Shown one piece after another: positions 1-10,160 of a stretch of DNA of 64,000 nt. The number at the start of each line of letters is the position of its first letter. Positions within the stretch are counted from its first letter, which is position 1. The notes under the pieces were generated by a model. That model had not been told where the DNA came from, searched no databases, and saw only the letters and a program-made list of their open reading frames with translations. The stretch is taken from positions 62,001 to 126,000 of the IMG/VR virus record IMGVR_UViG_3300046665_000548; one strand, 5' to 3'. Position numbers and translations under genes: made by a program.

Positions 1-192
1 GCGAGTGGCCGAGCCTGCGCGTGATCGCCAGCGCGCTCAAAAGCAGCTTGGGAGAGATAATCACCGTCGCGAGCGAACGTCCCGTCGTGCAAGTCGATCA
101 GAGCACCGGAACAAAGCAAGGCGACTGGTTATTAAAGGCAGTGAACGATCCAGTCACCCATCGGGACTGGGCCGCTTATAGAGCCCAGGAAC

Positions 193-492
193 TTAAGAGA
201 CAGTCCCGAAAGTCGGCGGCGAATTAGTTGACCAACCATGGTGCCACATAAAGGCGCAATAAGCCGCGACATCACGCGGATCGCCCTTGTTGATGTGGTG
301 GTGCAGATGATCGCGGCAAAGTTCCTCCCAATGGCCACTCGACCATTCGTCTGAATACTTGTACTTGATTTCTGCTGCTGCGAGCTTTTCTGCAAGCGCG
401 GCGGCGAACTTAAGCACAAGATCACCAGTGTTGGGATGGAGATCGACCAAAGATGCTTCAAGTTTCTTGGTCGCTTCTTCTCTAGTTGTCAT
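193..492 (-). CDS. Phage hypothetical protein
   Basis: ORF with KGDPRDVAAYCAFMWHHG motif typical of small phage proteins; ATG at 492 chosen as start. Confidence 0.6.
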   Translation of the reverse strand: MTTREEATKKLEASLVDLHPNTGDLVLKFAAALAEKLAAAEIKYKYSDEWSSGHWEELCRDHLHHHINKGDPRDVAAYCAFMWHHGWSTNSPPTFGTVS

Positions 493-563
493 AGTGTTTC
501 TCTCAGTAATCATCGATCAAACATATATCGACAACTGTGCTCGACAAATATATTTCTTTGAAA

Positions 564-800
564 ATGAGCATAACCCATTATGAACAACAGCAGCTTGTCT
601 ACTGCTGGCTGAGAGAAGCTAATCTAGCCGCCGAATTTCCGCTTGTATATGCGGGGCATGAACTCAATAGCGACGCTTTTCTTATCCGATTCTTCCTGTT
701 AAAGCCGGTGAATGGCCTCAGTCAGTACGGAACAATTCGCATTTCGTCTGATCAGGTGAAGAGAGATTTCGTTCGGTTCAGAATAGGGCAAATCGACTAA
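564..800 (+). CDS. Small hypothetical protein, possibly a distant FKLRW-family member
   Basis: ORF ending DFVRFRIG. Confidence 0.4.
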   Translation: MSITHYEQQQLVYCWLREANLAAEFPLVYAGHELNSDAFLIRFFLLKPVNGLSQYGTIRISSDQVKRDFVRFRIGQID

Positions 801-803
801 CCG

Positions 804-2390
804 TTATACGACAACGGGCATCGCATCATCGTCAAAGAGTTCCGTGTCATGGATGTGTTCTTTAAGGTCTCCGACATCGGCCCCCCAACCAACAACAACG
901 TCCAAAATACGAATGCAAAGAAGAGTAGCCATCACAAGATCGTCGCTTTCTCCGCCCTTTGCTTTGAAGCTACTGTCGCCTGCGGATACAAAGAATTTCA
1001 GTTCTTTGATCAACTGTTTGCTCTTGACCTCCAAGCGATAGCTCTCGACAAGGCTCTTGAAACGGGCACAAGCCGATAGCTTCTTCTTCATATCGGTTGT
1101 GAAGCCTTTACGAAAACGTCTAGTCTGGCCTTTACGCTTGCGTTCCGAGACGAACATTCCGGGAAATCGCTCTTCCCCTGTGTCCTCGATGATCTGAAGG
1201 ACAGCCTCACCGATAGTGTTATTTTCAACGGTCCAGAATATTTCAGGTTCGCCGTGTTGTCCGGGATCATCTCGTAACGTGCTATCCAGGAAGTGAAGAA
1301 TTTGCATGAGCACGCGTATCTGCCCGCGAGCCGTGGTTAGGTTGTGCTGCCATTCGGCAACTTGAATCATTTCCGGAAGCTGAAAGACTTGAATAGCTGC
1401 ATGATCGCCACCCGTCCCAAGTGATGGATCGAGAGCCAGGATGTAAGTCTTGTTGGGCGTCGGATTTTGGAACCAGCGTACCGTGTTGGTGTAAAATTCC
1501 GGCTGCTCCGCTTTCATAGCTGACAAAAAGATAGGATTGATGAGGGTTTCATCGTCGGTAACGAAGTCACAGCAAAATTCTTGACGGAAACGCGCTTCTC
1601 CCAAGCTTTCGCGGTATTCCTTGGCCCATTCCTCATCGCGTTCAGGATGCTTGTCCCATGTTACCGAGATGGGGAAGAAGCCATTTCGACCAGCCTTTTC
1701 TCCAGTCGGATTACCGTACTCATCAGTGCTATCTAGTGCACCCTTCCAAATCTGGGCGAACTGATCTTCGTCGGTTCGCGGCGTCGATGTGATGATGCAG
1801 GAACCACCGGTCGAAAGAACTGGTCGGATGGAGGTCCAGAATTCGTTGGCCTTGTTTGGTGGCACGAACGCGAACTCGTCGCAGTAGAGCAGAGTGATCG
1901 AGAGACCACGACCGGCGTCCGAGGACGTAGCGCGCGATACAATCTTAGAGCCGTTGTCGAATGCAATCGTACCCTTGTTGTATTCGATGACACCAGCGCG
2001 AACCTCATCAGGAAGGTTCTCGTACGCGTATCGGATACGGTCCATAATTTCGAGCGCCTGGACCAGCTTGTTAGCTGTGATCAGGATGGTCGAATCAGGA
2101 GTGAACATCGCCTTCCACAGAATATAGGCCGCCGCGCATGTAGTTTTTCCCATTTGCCGCGCTGTGAGCGCGATGGCGTTTTTGTTTCCATGAAATGCGT
2201 TAATGAGATCGACTTGAAAAGGATATGGAACAAAAGGCTGCGCACCCTTCATGGGATGTTGAATCTTGACAAATTTCCGCATGAAATAGAGCGGGTCCTC
2301 CATACAGAGGACGAGATCAAGAAGACCTTCTTGGGTATAACTTGTCTTGGAACGCGGACGTTTTACTACGTCGTCTAATGATTTAGCCAT
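804..2390 (-). CDS. terL: Terminase large subunit (T4 gp17-like)
   Basis: Walker A ARQMGKTT, Walker B LLYCDEFAF, TSTP coupling motif, RNase H-like nuclease motifs LALDPS and DDLVMA. Confidence 0.95.
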   Translation of the reverse strand: MAKSLDDVVKRPRSKTSYTQEGLLDLVLCMEDPLYFMRKFVKIQHPMKGAQPFVPYPFQVDLINAFHGNKNAIALTARQMGKTTCAAAYILWKAMFTPDSTILITANKLVQALEIMDRIRYAYENLPDEVRAGVIEYNKGTIAFDNGSKIVSRATSSDAGRGLSITLLYCDEFAFVPPNKANEFWTSIRPVLSTGGSCIITSTPRTDEDQFAQIWKGALDSTDEYGNPTGEKAGRNGFFPISVTWDKHPERDEEWAKEYRESLGEARFRQEFCCDFVTDDETLINPIFLSAMKAEQPEFYTNTVRWFQNPTPNKTYILALDPSLGTGGDHAAIQVFQLPEMIQVAEWQHNLTTARGQIRVLMQILHFLDSTLRDDPGQHGEPEIFWTVENNTIGEAVLQIIEDTGEERFPGMFVSERKRKGQTRRFRKGFTTDMKKKLSACARFKSLVESYRLEVKSKQLIKELKFFVSAGDSSFKAKGGESDDLVMATLLCIRILDVVVGWGADVGDLKEHIHDTELFDDDAMPVVV

Positions 2391-2396
2391 GCTCTT

Positions 2397-2672
2397 TCAT
2401 TGCAAAGGAAAGATTTGAGTAACCTTTGCGAAGCGCGATGGATTGAACGGAGCGTTCGAATCGCTGAGTTTAACTTCCTTGATGATCGCGTCTATTTCGG
2501 TTCGCCAGTAGTTCAAGAACTTTTCAACTCGGGGGTACCGAGGGCTCAAGTCTAGGGTTTGCCAAATGAACTCTTGAACCAAGTTCCGGTGATCCGGAAT
2601 GTGGTAGAGAACGTTAACTGTCACCAGTGAATACCCCTTTAACCGAAGGGTAAACTCATCTTCATTACTCAT
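2397..2672 (-). CDS. usg: Usg-family protein
   Basis: GYSLVTVNVLYHIPDH...LVQEFIWQTLDLSPRYP...FLNYW matches the alphaproteobacterial Usg pattern. Confidence 0.85.
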   Translation of the reverse strand: MSNEDEFTLRLKGYSLVTVNVLYHIPDHRNLVQEFIWQTLDLSPRYPRVEKFLNYWRTEIDAIIKEVKLSDSNAPFNPSRFAKVTQIFPLQ

Positions 2673-2778
2673 AATCTTGCAAATGCGTGTGTTGTTGAGC
2701 AAATATTTAGTTCAAAACTTGATAGCTTGACAAAAACGCACCTTCGGGTAGATTGGCGCTAACGAATTTTTGGTGCAA

Positions 2779-3048
2779 ATGGCCGAGTATTTTCCACAGG
2801 GAAAGAAGCGTATGTTCCCCCACAAGGTGGTGGTTCCATGCGCCCGCGCGGCCAAAATGGACGCCTATTATGAACGGCAAGGCACTGATATTGCTGAGCT
2901 TATCGAATACGTTGACGGTGAGGAAATTGGCGGTCGGTACAGATACGGTCCGATTCGTCCTAAGCCGGACAAGTCGTCCAATTTCGAAGTGCAGTTCTTC
3001 TTCTCCAACGATAGGGCTGCTCTAGCCTTCAAAATTAGGTTTGGTTGA
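2779..3048 (+). CDS. FKLRW-family small protein
   Basis: C-terminal FFFSNDRAALAFKIRFG; downstream of a CTTGAC promoter. Confidence 0.65.
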   Translation: MAEYFPQGKKRMFPHKVVVPCARAAKMDAYYERQGTDIAELIEYVDGEEIGGRYRYGPIRPKPDKSSNFEVQFFFSNDRAALAFKIRFG

Positions 3049-3302
3049 TGGCCACGTGGAACGACAAAGGTTATAAAAATCCCAGCGAGTTTCCGTATTC
3101 CCATTACATTGAGGAAGAGGTCAGCCCGCGACAAATCATCGAGATGTCTAAGTGGTTGAATGCGGATGATGGATTGAAGGGAACTTTCTTCTTCGTCCGG
3201 GTGACGAATGCTCCCGAACATGCTTCGCGGATGAACCCTCCAGTCCAGTTCAATTTTACCGACGAGACGACCGCCATGCACTTTAAGCTCAAATACGGAT
3301 GA
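3045..3302 (+). CDS. FKLRW-family small protein
   Basis: C-terminal FNFTDETTAMHFKLKYG; overlaps the previous stop. Confidence 0.65.
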   Translation: MMATWNDKGYKNPSEFPYSHYIEEEVSPRQIIEMSKWLNADDGLKGTFFFVRVTNAPEHASRMNPPVQFNFTDETTAMHFKLKYG

Positions 3303-3450
3303 AAATGTTATTCGTACTCGTTCAAAGAGATGACTCGGGGGCGATCAGACGCACCTTTGGGCCTTACACGATTGCCGACGTAGAGTTGGCTCAGGCCACT
3401 CTGTTCAAAACCAAAGGAATACAGACGACTATTTGGGAACTAGAGCAGAT

Positions 3451-3693
3451 ATGATGGTGCACGTCATCACCATGCCTGTGAAAAAGTATTACAAAAATTG
3501 GGGGATAATAACGGATTGGTTTTGCATGATGAATGTGAAACTCGCCATGTCGGGCGACGATGGCGGTCTTGGTCCTAATGAATACGATATTGTTCGAGAC
3601 AATGAGAATCAGAACGCCAATGATGATCAGAACGCTAATTTTTTCTTCACCAATCCTCGGCTCGCGTGCCTCTTTAAGATGAGATTCGGATGA
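3451..3693 (+). CDS. FKLRW-family small protein
   Basis: C-terminal FFFTNPRLACLFKMRFG. Confidence 0.6.
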   Translation: MMVHVITMPVKKYYKNWGIITDWFCMMNVKLAMSGDDGGLGPNEYDIVRDNENQNANDDQNANFFFTNPRLACLFKMRFG

Positions 3694-5072
3694 AACTGCA
3701 TAACTCTCTATCAGGCCAAGTCGAACAGTTCATTCCACAGGACCCTAATCAGGTGACGATGTACGTCTGTGGTCCAACGGTTTATGACACCCCTCATGTC
3801 GGCAACGCGCGACCTTTGGTGGTCTTCGATCTCTTGTATCGCCTGCTCGGTGACGAGTTCGCGGCAATCAAGTATGCCCGAAACATTACGGACATTGACG
3901 ACAAGATCATGGATCGCGCCAAAGCGAACGGCGAAGACATTGGCGCGCTGACGCAACGCACGACCGCTGACTATCACGACATTGCGAAAATCTTGGGCTG
4001 CATTCCACCAACGCACGAGCCTCGGGCGACACACAATGTCGATGCCATGCAGGGCATGATTGGCAAGCTGATCCACACGGGCTATGCCTATGAGGCCGAA
4101 GGTCATGTGCTGTTCGACAGCGCCAAGCGCGGCAACGTGTACCCTCTCACGGGTCACGATCCAGACAATTTGCGCGAAGGTCATCGAATTGAGGTAGCTT
4201 CGTATAAGCGTAACGGAGCGGATTTCGTTCTGTGGAAGCCTTCGGAACCCGAGCAGCCAGGATGGGCCAGCCCGTGGGGACGAGGACGGCCGGGCTGGCA
4301 CATCGAATGCTCAGCTATGATCCAAGAGTTGTTGGGCGTCACGATTGACATCCACGGCGGCGGTAATGATTTGCGCTTTCCTCACCACGAAGCAGAGATC
4401 GCTCAATCTGAGTGCACGCATCAAGCTCCGCTCGCTCGCTATTGGGTGCACAACGGGATGTTGCTGCTCAACGGCAAGAAGATGGCCAAGAGTACCGGGA
4501 ATTTCTTTACGGTGCGTCAAATTCTCGATGGCACCGCCTTCGGTCAGAAATTTACCGGGCAGGAGGTCAGGCTTGCCCTTTTGCAGACCCACTATCGGCA
4601 TCCTCTCGATCTGACACTGGCCTCGCTCGACAATGCACGTAAGAGCTTGGACCGTTGGTTTGGTGCTCTCCTGTCGCATCGTGAGTGGTGGCATAGTCGC
4701 GCGTCGTATCCGGAACCAAATATGGTTATGGATTCTCTTCGTGACGACATGAACACGCCGGAAGCGATCATGCATCTTCACGAGATAGCAACGCGCATCA
4801 ACCGCGATCAGAACCACCCTGGGGCAGACGTGCGCGCTATGGTCCGCGCATGCTCCGCTATGGGATTGCTGCCGAACGTTACCCATCCGAAGGCAAATCT
4901 CCTGACGCCGGAAGCCAAAGCGTTGCTCAACAATCGGCTTGCGGCTCGGAAGTACGGCGACTATAGGCAGGCGGACAAAATTCGCGACGAGCTTCGTTCC
5001 AAAGCCTCTATTGAGGTGAAGGACACGAAAGCTGGTCAGCTTTGGTACTATTCTGGAGAATCAATCGCATGA
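3690..5072 (+). CDS. cysS: Cysteine--tRNA ligase
   Basis: MYVCGPTVYD, HVGN (HIGH motif), DFVLWK, GRPGWHIECSAM, DIHGGGNDLRFPHHEAE, KMAKS (KMSKS motif). Confidence 0.97.
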   Translation: MKLHNSLSGQVEQFIPQDPNQVTMYVCGPTVYDTPHVGNARPLVVFDLLYRLLGDEFAAIKYARNITDIDDKIMDRAKANGEDIGALTQRTTADYHDIAKILGCIPPTHEPRATHNVDAMQGMIGKLIHTGYAYEAEGHVLFDSAKRGNVYPLTGHDPDNLREGHRIEVASYKRNGADFVLWKPSEPEQPGWASPWGRGRPGWHIECSAMIQELLGVTIDIHGGGNDLRFPHHEAEIAQSECTHQAPLARYWVHNGMLLLNGKKMAKSTGNFFTVRQILDGTAFGQKFTGQEVRLALLQTHYRHPLDLTLASLDNARKSLDRWFGALLSHREWWHSRASYPEPNMVMDSLRDDMNTPEAIMHLHEIATRINRDQNHPGADVRAMVRACSAMGLLPNVTHPKANLLTPEAKALLNNRLAARKYGDYRQADKIRDELRSKASIEVKDTKAGQLWYYSGESIA

Positions 5073-5102
5073 CGGACCGAGGAGGACTGCGATAAATAAC
5101 GG

Positions 5103-6647
5103 ATGACTTTGCCATCCGTACGCGACCTCCTCACCATCGTTGAGAACTCCCAGCTTGATGAAGCTGGTGCTGGACCGTCTCGAATCGTCAAGCACGTTCA
5201 AGACGGTACTCCATTTTTCATGATTTCTGCTATGCGTGCAGACTTGCCGCATAGCGCGAACATGCGCCGCACTCAACTCCTCAGTGAAGAACTGGCCCAG
5301 CACGGGTTGGTCTTCATTCGGACCACAGGTGAATACCAGGAAGACGGCCAAGAGACTCCATCGCAAGAGTTGTCATTCTTCGTCATGGCTCCTGAGCATG
5401 TAAAGCTCGCCCGTTTCGTCAAGATCGGCACGACGCTCATGACCATCTTCAAACAAGATTCGATCCTTGTCGGCAATGGCGAGAACGTCTTCCTGCAATT
5501 TGCGGACGGCTCTACGCATAGCCTCGGTACGGCAGCTACCTTTGCCCCGGCCGTGCTCGCTCATCTCGGTGGCTTCAGCAAGGTCAAGGGACGCAAGTTC
5601 TCATTCACTGAACCTGATGCGGCCCCCAACGCTGTTCGCTATGGCCAGTCGCGTCCTGAGAAGAAGTTGAAACCAGAAGTCGAGCCCGAACTGACGGAGG
5701 ACGCCCCACAGGGTGCCCCCTTTCGCCTCGACCCGCTCGTAAACCCTGAAAACTACAAGATCACAGACAGCCTTGCTGATGTAAAAAATTGGCGAGCTAA
5801 GTGCTTGTATAGTGCTACGTACAATGACGCGTCAAAGAACAAGAAGACGGGTGATTGGGATACGGTTGGCTACGTGATGATCTCCAAGACTGGAGACACT
5901 ATCATTCCAATTCCTCGCGCTGATGAGCATCACATGGGCTTCGACATGCTACATGATCTCAATGATCAGCTTCGGAAGAACGCTCCGCGCGCACGTCGCG
6001 GAAAGAGTGCACCGGTTGAAGAGGTCAAGTATATCAACATTCGAGACTACTTGCCGATTTGGACTGGAGGTAACAACTACATTTACAACAAGGTAGATGT
6101 TAAGGATTACCTCGTTGTTCTTAGCAAGTACCTCAGTTATGGCGGCCCGGATGGTTTCATGAAGGGCTCAAACGACATGAGAGGCATGGTTATGAGCCTC
6201 AGTGATTTTGTTAAAAACAAGGGTCCGCACGTGATCAAGCCCGGCGAACTTGCTCCTGTTGGAAAGTCAATCTACGCTGCGCTCCAGACCGCCGCGACCG
6301 CATTGAACGCCGCTCGCGGAAATCCGCAGCGCTCCGCGATTGGAAAAGCATTTCAAGCTTCTCTGTCTCTTCTCGACTTCTTCTACAAGACGTGCGGGCA
6401 AACCAATTTGGGATGGGACGAGATCAAAGCTACGATCAAGGCCGTGTCTGCGCTCAAGAAGACGGGCGACGTTCAAAAGCTCGAAGAGATCATGTTCGGA
6501 TTTGGCAGTTTGAAGAACAAGATGCACAACGAGCTTCGTGCAACTCTCGAACGTCAGACGAAGGGCGAGAGAAGCTGGCAAGACGATGATGCCAAAGCTA
6601 CATGGGGCGATGTTGCGATGGCGGTGGACCTGTTGGGGCGCTTCTAA
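5103..6647 (+). CDS. Tagged putative virion protein with an N-terminal T3-type SAM lyase-like domain and an unknown C-terminal domain
   Basis: N-terminal tag VRDLLTIVE; ISAMRADL..ANMRR, TGEYQE..QELSFFV and FKQDSILV resemble T3 SAMase motifs; TAAATA 4 nt upstream. Confidence 0.65.
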   Translation: MTLPSVRDLLTIVENSQLDEAGAGPSRIVKHVQDGTPFFMISAMRADLPHSANMRRTQLLSEELAQHGLVFIRTTGEYQEDGQETPSQELSFFVMAPEHVKLARFVKIGTTLMTIFKQDSILVGNGENVFLQFADGSTHSLGTAATFAPAVLAHLGGFSKVKGRKFSFTEPDAAPNAVRYGQSRPEKKLKPEVEPELTEDAPQGAPFRLDPLVNPENYKITDSLADVKNWRAKCLYSATYNDASKNKKTGDWDTVGYVMISKTGDTIIPIPRADEHHMGFDMLHDLNDQLRKNAPRARRGKSAPVEEVKYINIRDYLPIWTGGNNYIYNKVDVKDYLVVLSKYLSYGGPDGFMKGSNDMRGMVMSLSDFVKNKGPHVIKPGELAPVGKSIYAALQTAATALNAARGNPQRSAIGKAFQASLSLLDFFYKTCGQTNLGWDEIKATIKAVSALKKTGDVQKLEEIMFGFGSLKNKMHNELRATLERQTKGERSWQDDDAKATWGDVAMAVDLLGRF

Positions 6648-6886
6648 TGGCGGCGATGTTCAACGGCGGGATTCGTCGCATGTCGGGAACCTTCGAGATC
6701 AAACTCGATGGTTGCGGCACTGCATCACAATGGCGCAAGATAGAAAATTGGCTTGAGAACGATGACAATACCAATGTCTCGGGCGAATATGGCCACTCTT
6801 TCAGCGGCACTCTGGCCGAACCTCTGTTACGAGTTTGGTTCACTGACGAAAAGACGGCAATCTTTACCAAGCTGTCTTGGGGATAA
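6647..6886 (+). CDS. FKLRW-family small protein
   Basis: C-terminal WFTDEKTAIFTKLSWG; TAATG coupling. Confidence 0.6.
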   Translation: MAAMFNGGIRRMSGTFEIKLDGCGTASQWRKIENWLENDDNTNVSGEYGHSFSGTLAEPLLRVWFTDEKTAIFTKLSWG

Positions 6887-6942
6887 AAGGACTTGACGAA
6901 GCTCTAATTTGTGGTAGATTGAGTCTATCACAGGAGCGATGC

Positions 6943-7326
6943 ATGGCCGACCGAGCTTACATTCTCTCGATCATTTCCGACCTGACCAAGGATGCTACCG
7001 GTTCGCGTATCCGTTTGGATTACCAGTCCATGACGGACTCGGAATTGCAAAGCACCTTCGATTTTTATTCCGATCTGCTCGAAGTCAATGAGCAGCGTGA
7101 AAGCGTTATGCGCCTCCGCGCGCAGAAGGATTGGGAACAGTCCTTGGAACGGCTTATGTCGATGGGCGCGACCTCAATGGCTCAGGCCATCGCGTGGGAC
7201 ATGGAAGCCGAGGGCGTCAACGACAATGACTACGGCTTCTACTGCTATCTCAAGGGTCTCTCGTACGATCTGGAGGCGCGCATTGTCAGCGAAGTCAGCG
7301 CGTCTGAGGAAAGGATCGCGGCATGA
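6943..7326 (+). CDS. Early hypothetical protein
   Basis: CTTGAC-N-TAGATT promoter and AGGAG RBS upstream. Confidence 0.7.
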   Translation: MADRAYILSIISDLTKDATGSRIRLDYQSMTDSELQSTFDFYSDLLEVNEQRESVMRLRAQKDWEQSLERLMSMGATSMAQAIAWDMEAEGVNDNDYGFYCYLKGLSYDLEARIVSEVSASEERIAA

Positions 7327-7622
7327 CCGATCTCACCGTGGCTAACACGATCCTTCAACAGCTTGGTGGCCCTCGCTTCACGGCGATGACCGGCGCAAAG
7401 AACTATGTGGGCGGAGAACGCAGCCTCTCGTTCCGTCTTCCGAAGGCCAATCGCGGCATCAACGGCGTCTACATCACGTCGGAGCCAAGCGACACGTACA
7501 AGATCGAATTCATTCGCGTGCAGAAGACGGAGCGCAAGGTCGTGGAGACCTGCGAGGACGTGTACTGTGATAGTCTCCAGGAAGTGTTCACCCGCGTCAC
7601 TGGCCTCTATACTCGCCTGTAA
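7323..7622 (+). CDS. Conserved phage hypothetical protein
   Basis: ILQQLGGPRFTAMTGAK...DVYCDSLQEVF...TGLYTRL pattern; ATGA coupling. Confidence 0.7.
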   Translation: MTDLTVANTILQQLGGPRFTAMTGAKNYVGGERSLSFRLPKANRGINGVYITSEPSDTYKIEFIRVQKTERKVVETCEDVYCDSLQEVFTRVTGLYTRL

Positions 7623-7832
7623 GGTACTCCCATGAGCACTCTCAGGGGCGGATGGGGGTCTTGTTTCTACTTTGAACAAGAGCGGCACGCGCTTCTGTTT
7701 TACATGACGTTCGCGGGGAAAACCTAACGCTTTTGGTTCCTGAAAAAATCTTCATCGACGTGGGGTTGATCAGACAAGCGAGACATGTAGCTTCATAGTT
7801 GTCGAATCGATTCGACTATCATGGAGCGAAAA

Positions 7833-8003
7833 ATGTCCAATCAGAATCAGGGCAACCAAGGGAACCAGCAGGGCACCCAGCAAGAGGGCGGCAACCAAAG
7901 TTCCAGTGGCGAGCAGAGCGGCGGATCGAACAACCAGAAAGGACAGCATGGCCAGCAAGGGCAGCAGTCCGACAAGGACCATCAGGGCAGCATGAAGGAA
8001 TAG
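7833..8003 (+). CDS. Small Gln/Gly/Asn-rich hydrophilic protein, general-stress-protein-like
   Basis: GGAG RBS; low-complexity Q/G/N composition. Confidence 0.5.
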   Translation: MSNQNQGNQGNQQGTQQEGGNQSSSGEQSGGSNNQKGQHGQQGQQSDKDHQGSMKE

Positions 8004-8137
8004 CGCCTAGCCTTTCTGAGCAACCCAGGTTGTTCAGACGTTCGTGTTTCACAAGAAGGAGGCCAAACCAATCTTTTTCTGTAAAATACTGATCGACATT
8101 GCCGCCTAAACAGCGGATTTATCGCTCACAACGAGCG

Positions 8138-8165
8138 AGGGCGTGGCAAAAGCCACGCCCTTTTC
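8138..8165. terminator. Intrinsic terminator
   Basis: GGGCGTGGC-AAAA-GCCACGCCC followed by TTTT. Confidence 0.7.
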
Positions 8166-8192
8166 GTTTGTGTAATTCTGGAATGAATGGGC

Positions 8193-8828
8193 TTACGACG
8201 TTGGCGGGAGCTTCTTTTTGGTAACGAAATATCGATACGCATCGAAGCTCTGATTCTCGCCCCAGCCATTGTTGGCAGTCAGCCACTCTTGGATAGGCAT
8301 CGAAGGGTCATAGATGCTCGCGATGTTCTTCTCGTTGAGGAAGCCCACGGTGAAGCCCTTCTGCGCCGACTCCGCCATACGGTCGATCCAGAAACGGCGA
8401 CCATCGTAGGTCTGACACTTGTCCGAGATCACGGAATCAAACTTACCGAGCAATTCGTCGTAGAAGACCCGCGTGGTGATCGAAGGCATACCGGCACCCG
8501 CACGCCGCCACAGTACGACCTGAGTAGCGCAGTTTCCGAGCTTGGGTACGACAAGCGGAGTAGCCTCGACGTAATAAACAAGCGCACGGTCGCGCAAGTT
8601 CAGCACGAAGAACTCCAAATTGACGTTCAGAGCATATGCGAACAGAAAGTTCGCGTTTTCCTCGATCACATGATAGTCGGTCTCGGCCAATCGCTGATAT
8701 TCGCTGTGGTTCACAGCCGGATCATTGAGGCCGAAATCTTCTGGCTTCGTGTGCAGGACAGGCATCTCGAACAGCGGCTCCGTCATTGCGCTCTCCACGA
8801 GGTCGATATGATTTCTTAAGGACTTCAT
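8193..8828 (-). CDS. Tagged protein with a GNAT-like fold
   Basis: N-terminal LRNHIDLVES; ISDKCQTYDGRRFW resembles motifs in 49185 and 53923. Confidence 0.6.
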   Translation of the reverse strand: MKSLRNHIDLVESAMTEPLFEMPVLHTKPEDFGLNDPAVNHSEYQRLAETDYHVIEENANFLFAYALNVNLEFFVLNLRDRALVYYVEATPLVVPKLGNCATQVVLWRRAGAGMPSITTRVFYDELLGKFDSVISDKCQTYDGRRFWIDRMAESAQKGFTVGFLNEKNIASIYDPSMPIQEWLTANNGWGENQSFDAYRYFVTKKKLPPTS

Positions 8829-8879
8829 TCCAAGATTCTCAACCTACCACGTTTTGTTCTGCTGTCAAGCGTTGGGCAA

Positions 8880-10160
8880 TTATTCTTGACCGATGTACGA
8901 GATTGCCTGCTGTTCAATGGCGATCATCATCTTCGAATCGTTGACTTGATCTCCGTCAGAATCCGCTGCCCACTGAACGACGATCTTCATGTTCTCGCCA
9001 CGCCCGCTCCAGCGAGCATTGCCAAAGCCGTGCTTTGCACCTACGCGCCATGGAAAGTTATAAGAACCGTTGCTGGGTCCAGCGATTTCCGACTCGAACG
9101 TATCTTCCTCGTCCAGAACTGATTCATGGAGCGTGCCAACTGCATTGTTCTGCTGGATAGCGTGAACGATCTTTTCGATGCTGGCCTTGTCTGCCAACAG
9201 ATGACGCAGGCCGAAATGCATCGGCGCAGGCCATTCTCCAAATTCACACCAACGGTAGCCTTGGCTTTCCCAGTTGAGATGCGGCTTGAATTCGTCTTCA
9301 ACGATCACAAGAAAATTGTAATAGCTAAAGCTGCGGTCTTTGAACACGAGCAGCGGCTGAATCTCTTGGATTTCTCCGTGGTACTGAGTTTCTTCGGAGA
9401 CCTCACGCTCAACAGCACGAATTGGGTCTTCCCCGCTATCGATCTTGCCTCCCCAGGTTCCCCACGTGTTAGGCTGTTCAACGTGATACTGAGGCGGAGC
9501 CTTAGAGTTGTCCGCACGATGAGCCAGCAGGATACGATTGGTAGTACGAGCCAAGATGATGCAGCCAGCGCCCTTCGCGCCATAGTATCCGGTGCGTGGA
9601 TCAGCATGTTGCGTGCTGCCAGACACGTCTGTTTCCATGAGATGGGCATATCTTCGCAGAAGCTCTTGGACGGCTTCTGGATTGCTCTTTGCTTTCTTCA
9701 ATTGATGAAGAAGCTGAGCACCCTCGCCACCGCGCACGAACACCTGCTTTCCAGCCTTGGTGTCGCGTACAGTGACGCTTCCCGTAAAGTCGGGTTCGAA
9801 AGTAAAGCGGTCATTTCCGCTAGTTCCGGCTAGCTCATCAAGCATCTCGCCTTCACGAGAACGATCCTGGCGCAGCTTAGTAGCGAGGGACTGGAAAAGA
9901 GCGCGAACCTCATCGACAGAGCATCCCAGGCGCGCGGAGACCTTCTGGAAGCCAGTGTCTGTGAGCTTTACGCCAGCAATGATTTCGTCATCGGTGATCT
10001 TTGCCTTAGATAGCATTCCATGCAGACGATCCAATGAAGACGGATCGCGCAGAGACGATGTACCCATAGGGGTTACGCCTGACGAATGCGCCGGAGGCGA
10101 CATCAATGAGGGATGAGCATTTAGTGGAGCTTTCTCACCAATGTACCTGCGCGTCATCAC
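8880..10160 (-). CDS. Multidomain protein with a NUDIX hydrolase domain
   Basis: Nudix box GGKIDSGEDPIRAVEREVSEETQY. Confidence 0.8.
   Translation of the reverse strand: MMTRRYIGEKAPLNAHPSLMSPPAHSSGVTPMGTSSLRDPSSLDRLHGMLSKAKITDDEIIAGVKLTDTGFQKVSARLGCSVDEVRALFQSLATKLRQDRSREGEMLDELAGTSGNDRFTFEPDFTGSVTVRDTKAGKQVFVRGGEGAQLLHQLKKAKSNPEAVQELLRRYAHLMETDVSGSTQHADPRTGYYGAKGAGCIILARTTNRILLAHRADNSKAPPQYHVEQPNTWGTWGGKIDSGEDPIRAVEREVSEETQYHGEIQEIQPLLVFKDRSFSYYNFLVIVEDEFKPHLNWESQGYRWCEFGEWPAPMHFGLRHLLADKASIEKIVHAIQQNNAVGTLHESVLDEEDTFESEIAGPSNGSYNFPWRVGAKHGFGNARWSGRGENMKIVVQWAADSDGDQVNDSKMMIAIEQQAISYIGQE

Noticed and set aside
3690-5072. cysS, folD and the HWE kinase as evidence of host chromosome or a prophage boundary
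   Set aside because: Each is isolated and embedded among, often coupled to, phage genes; no integrase or att site is seen
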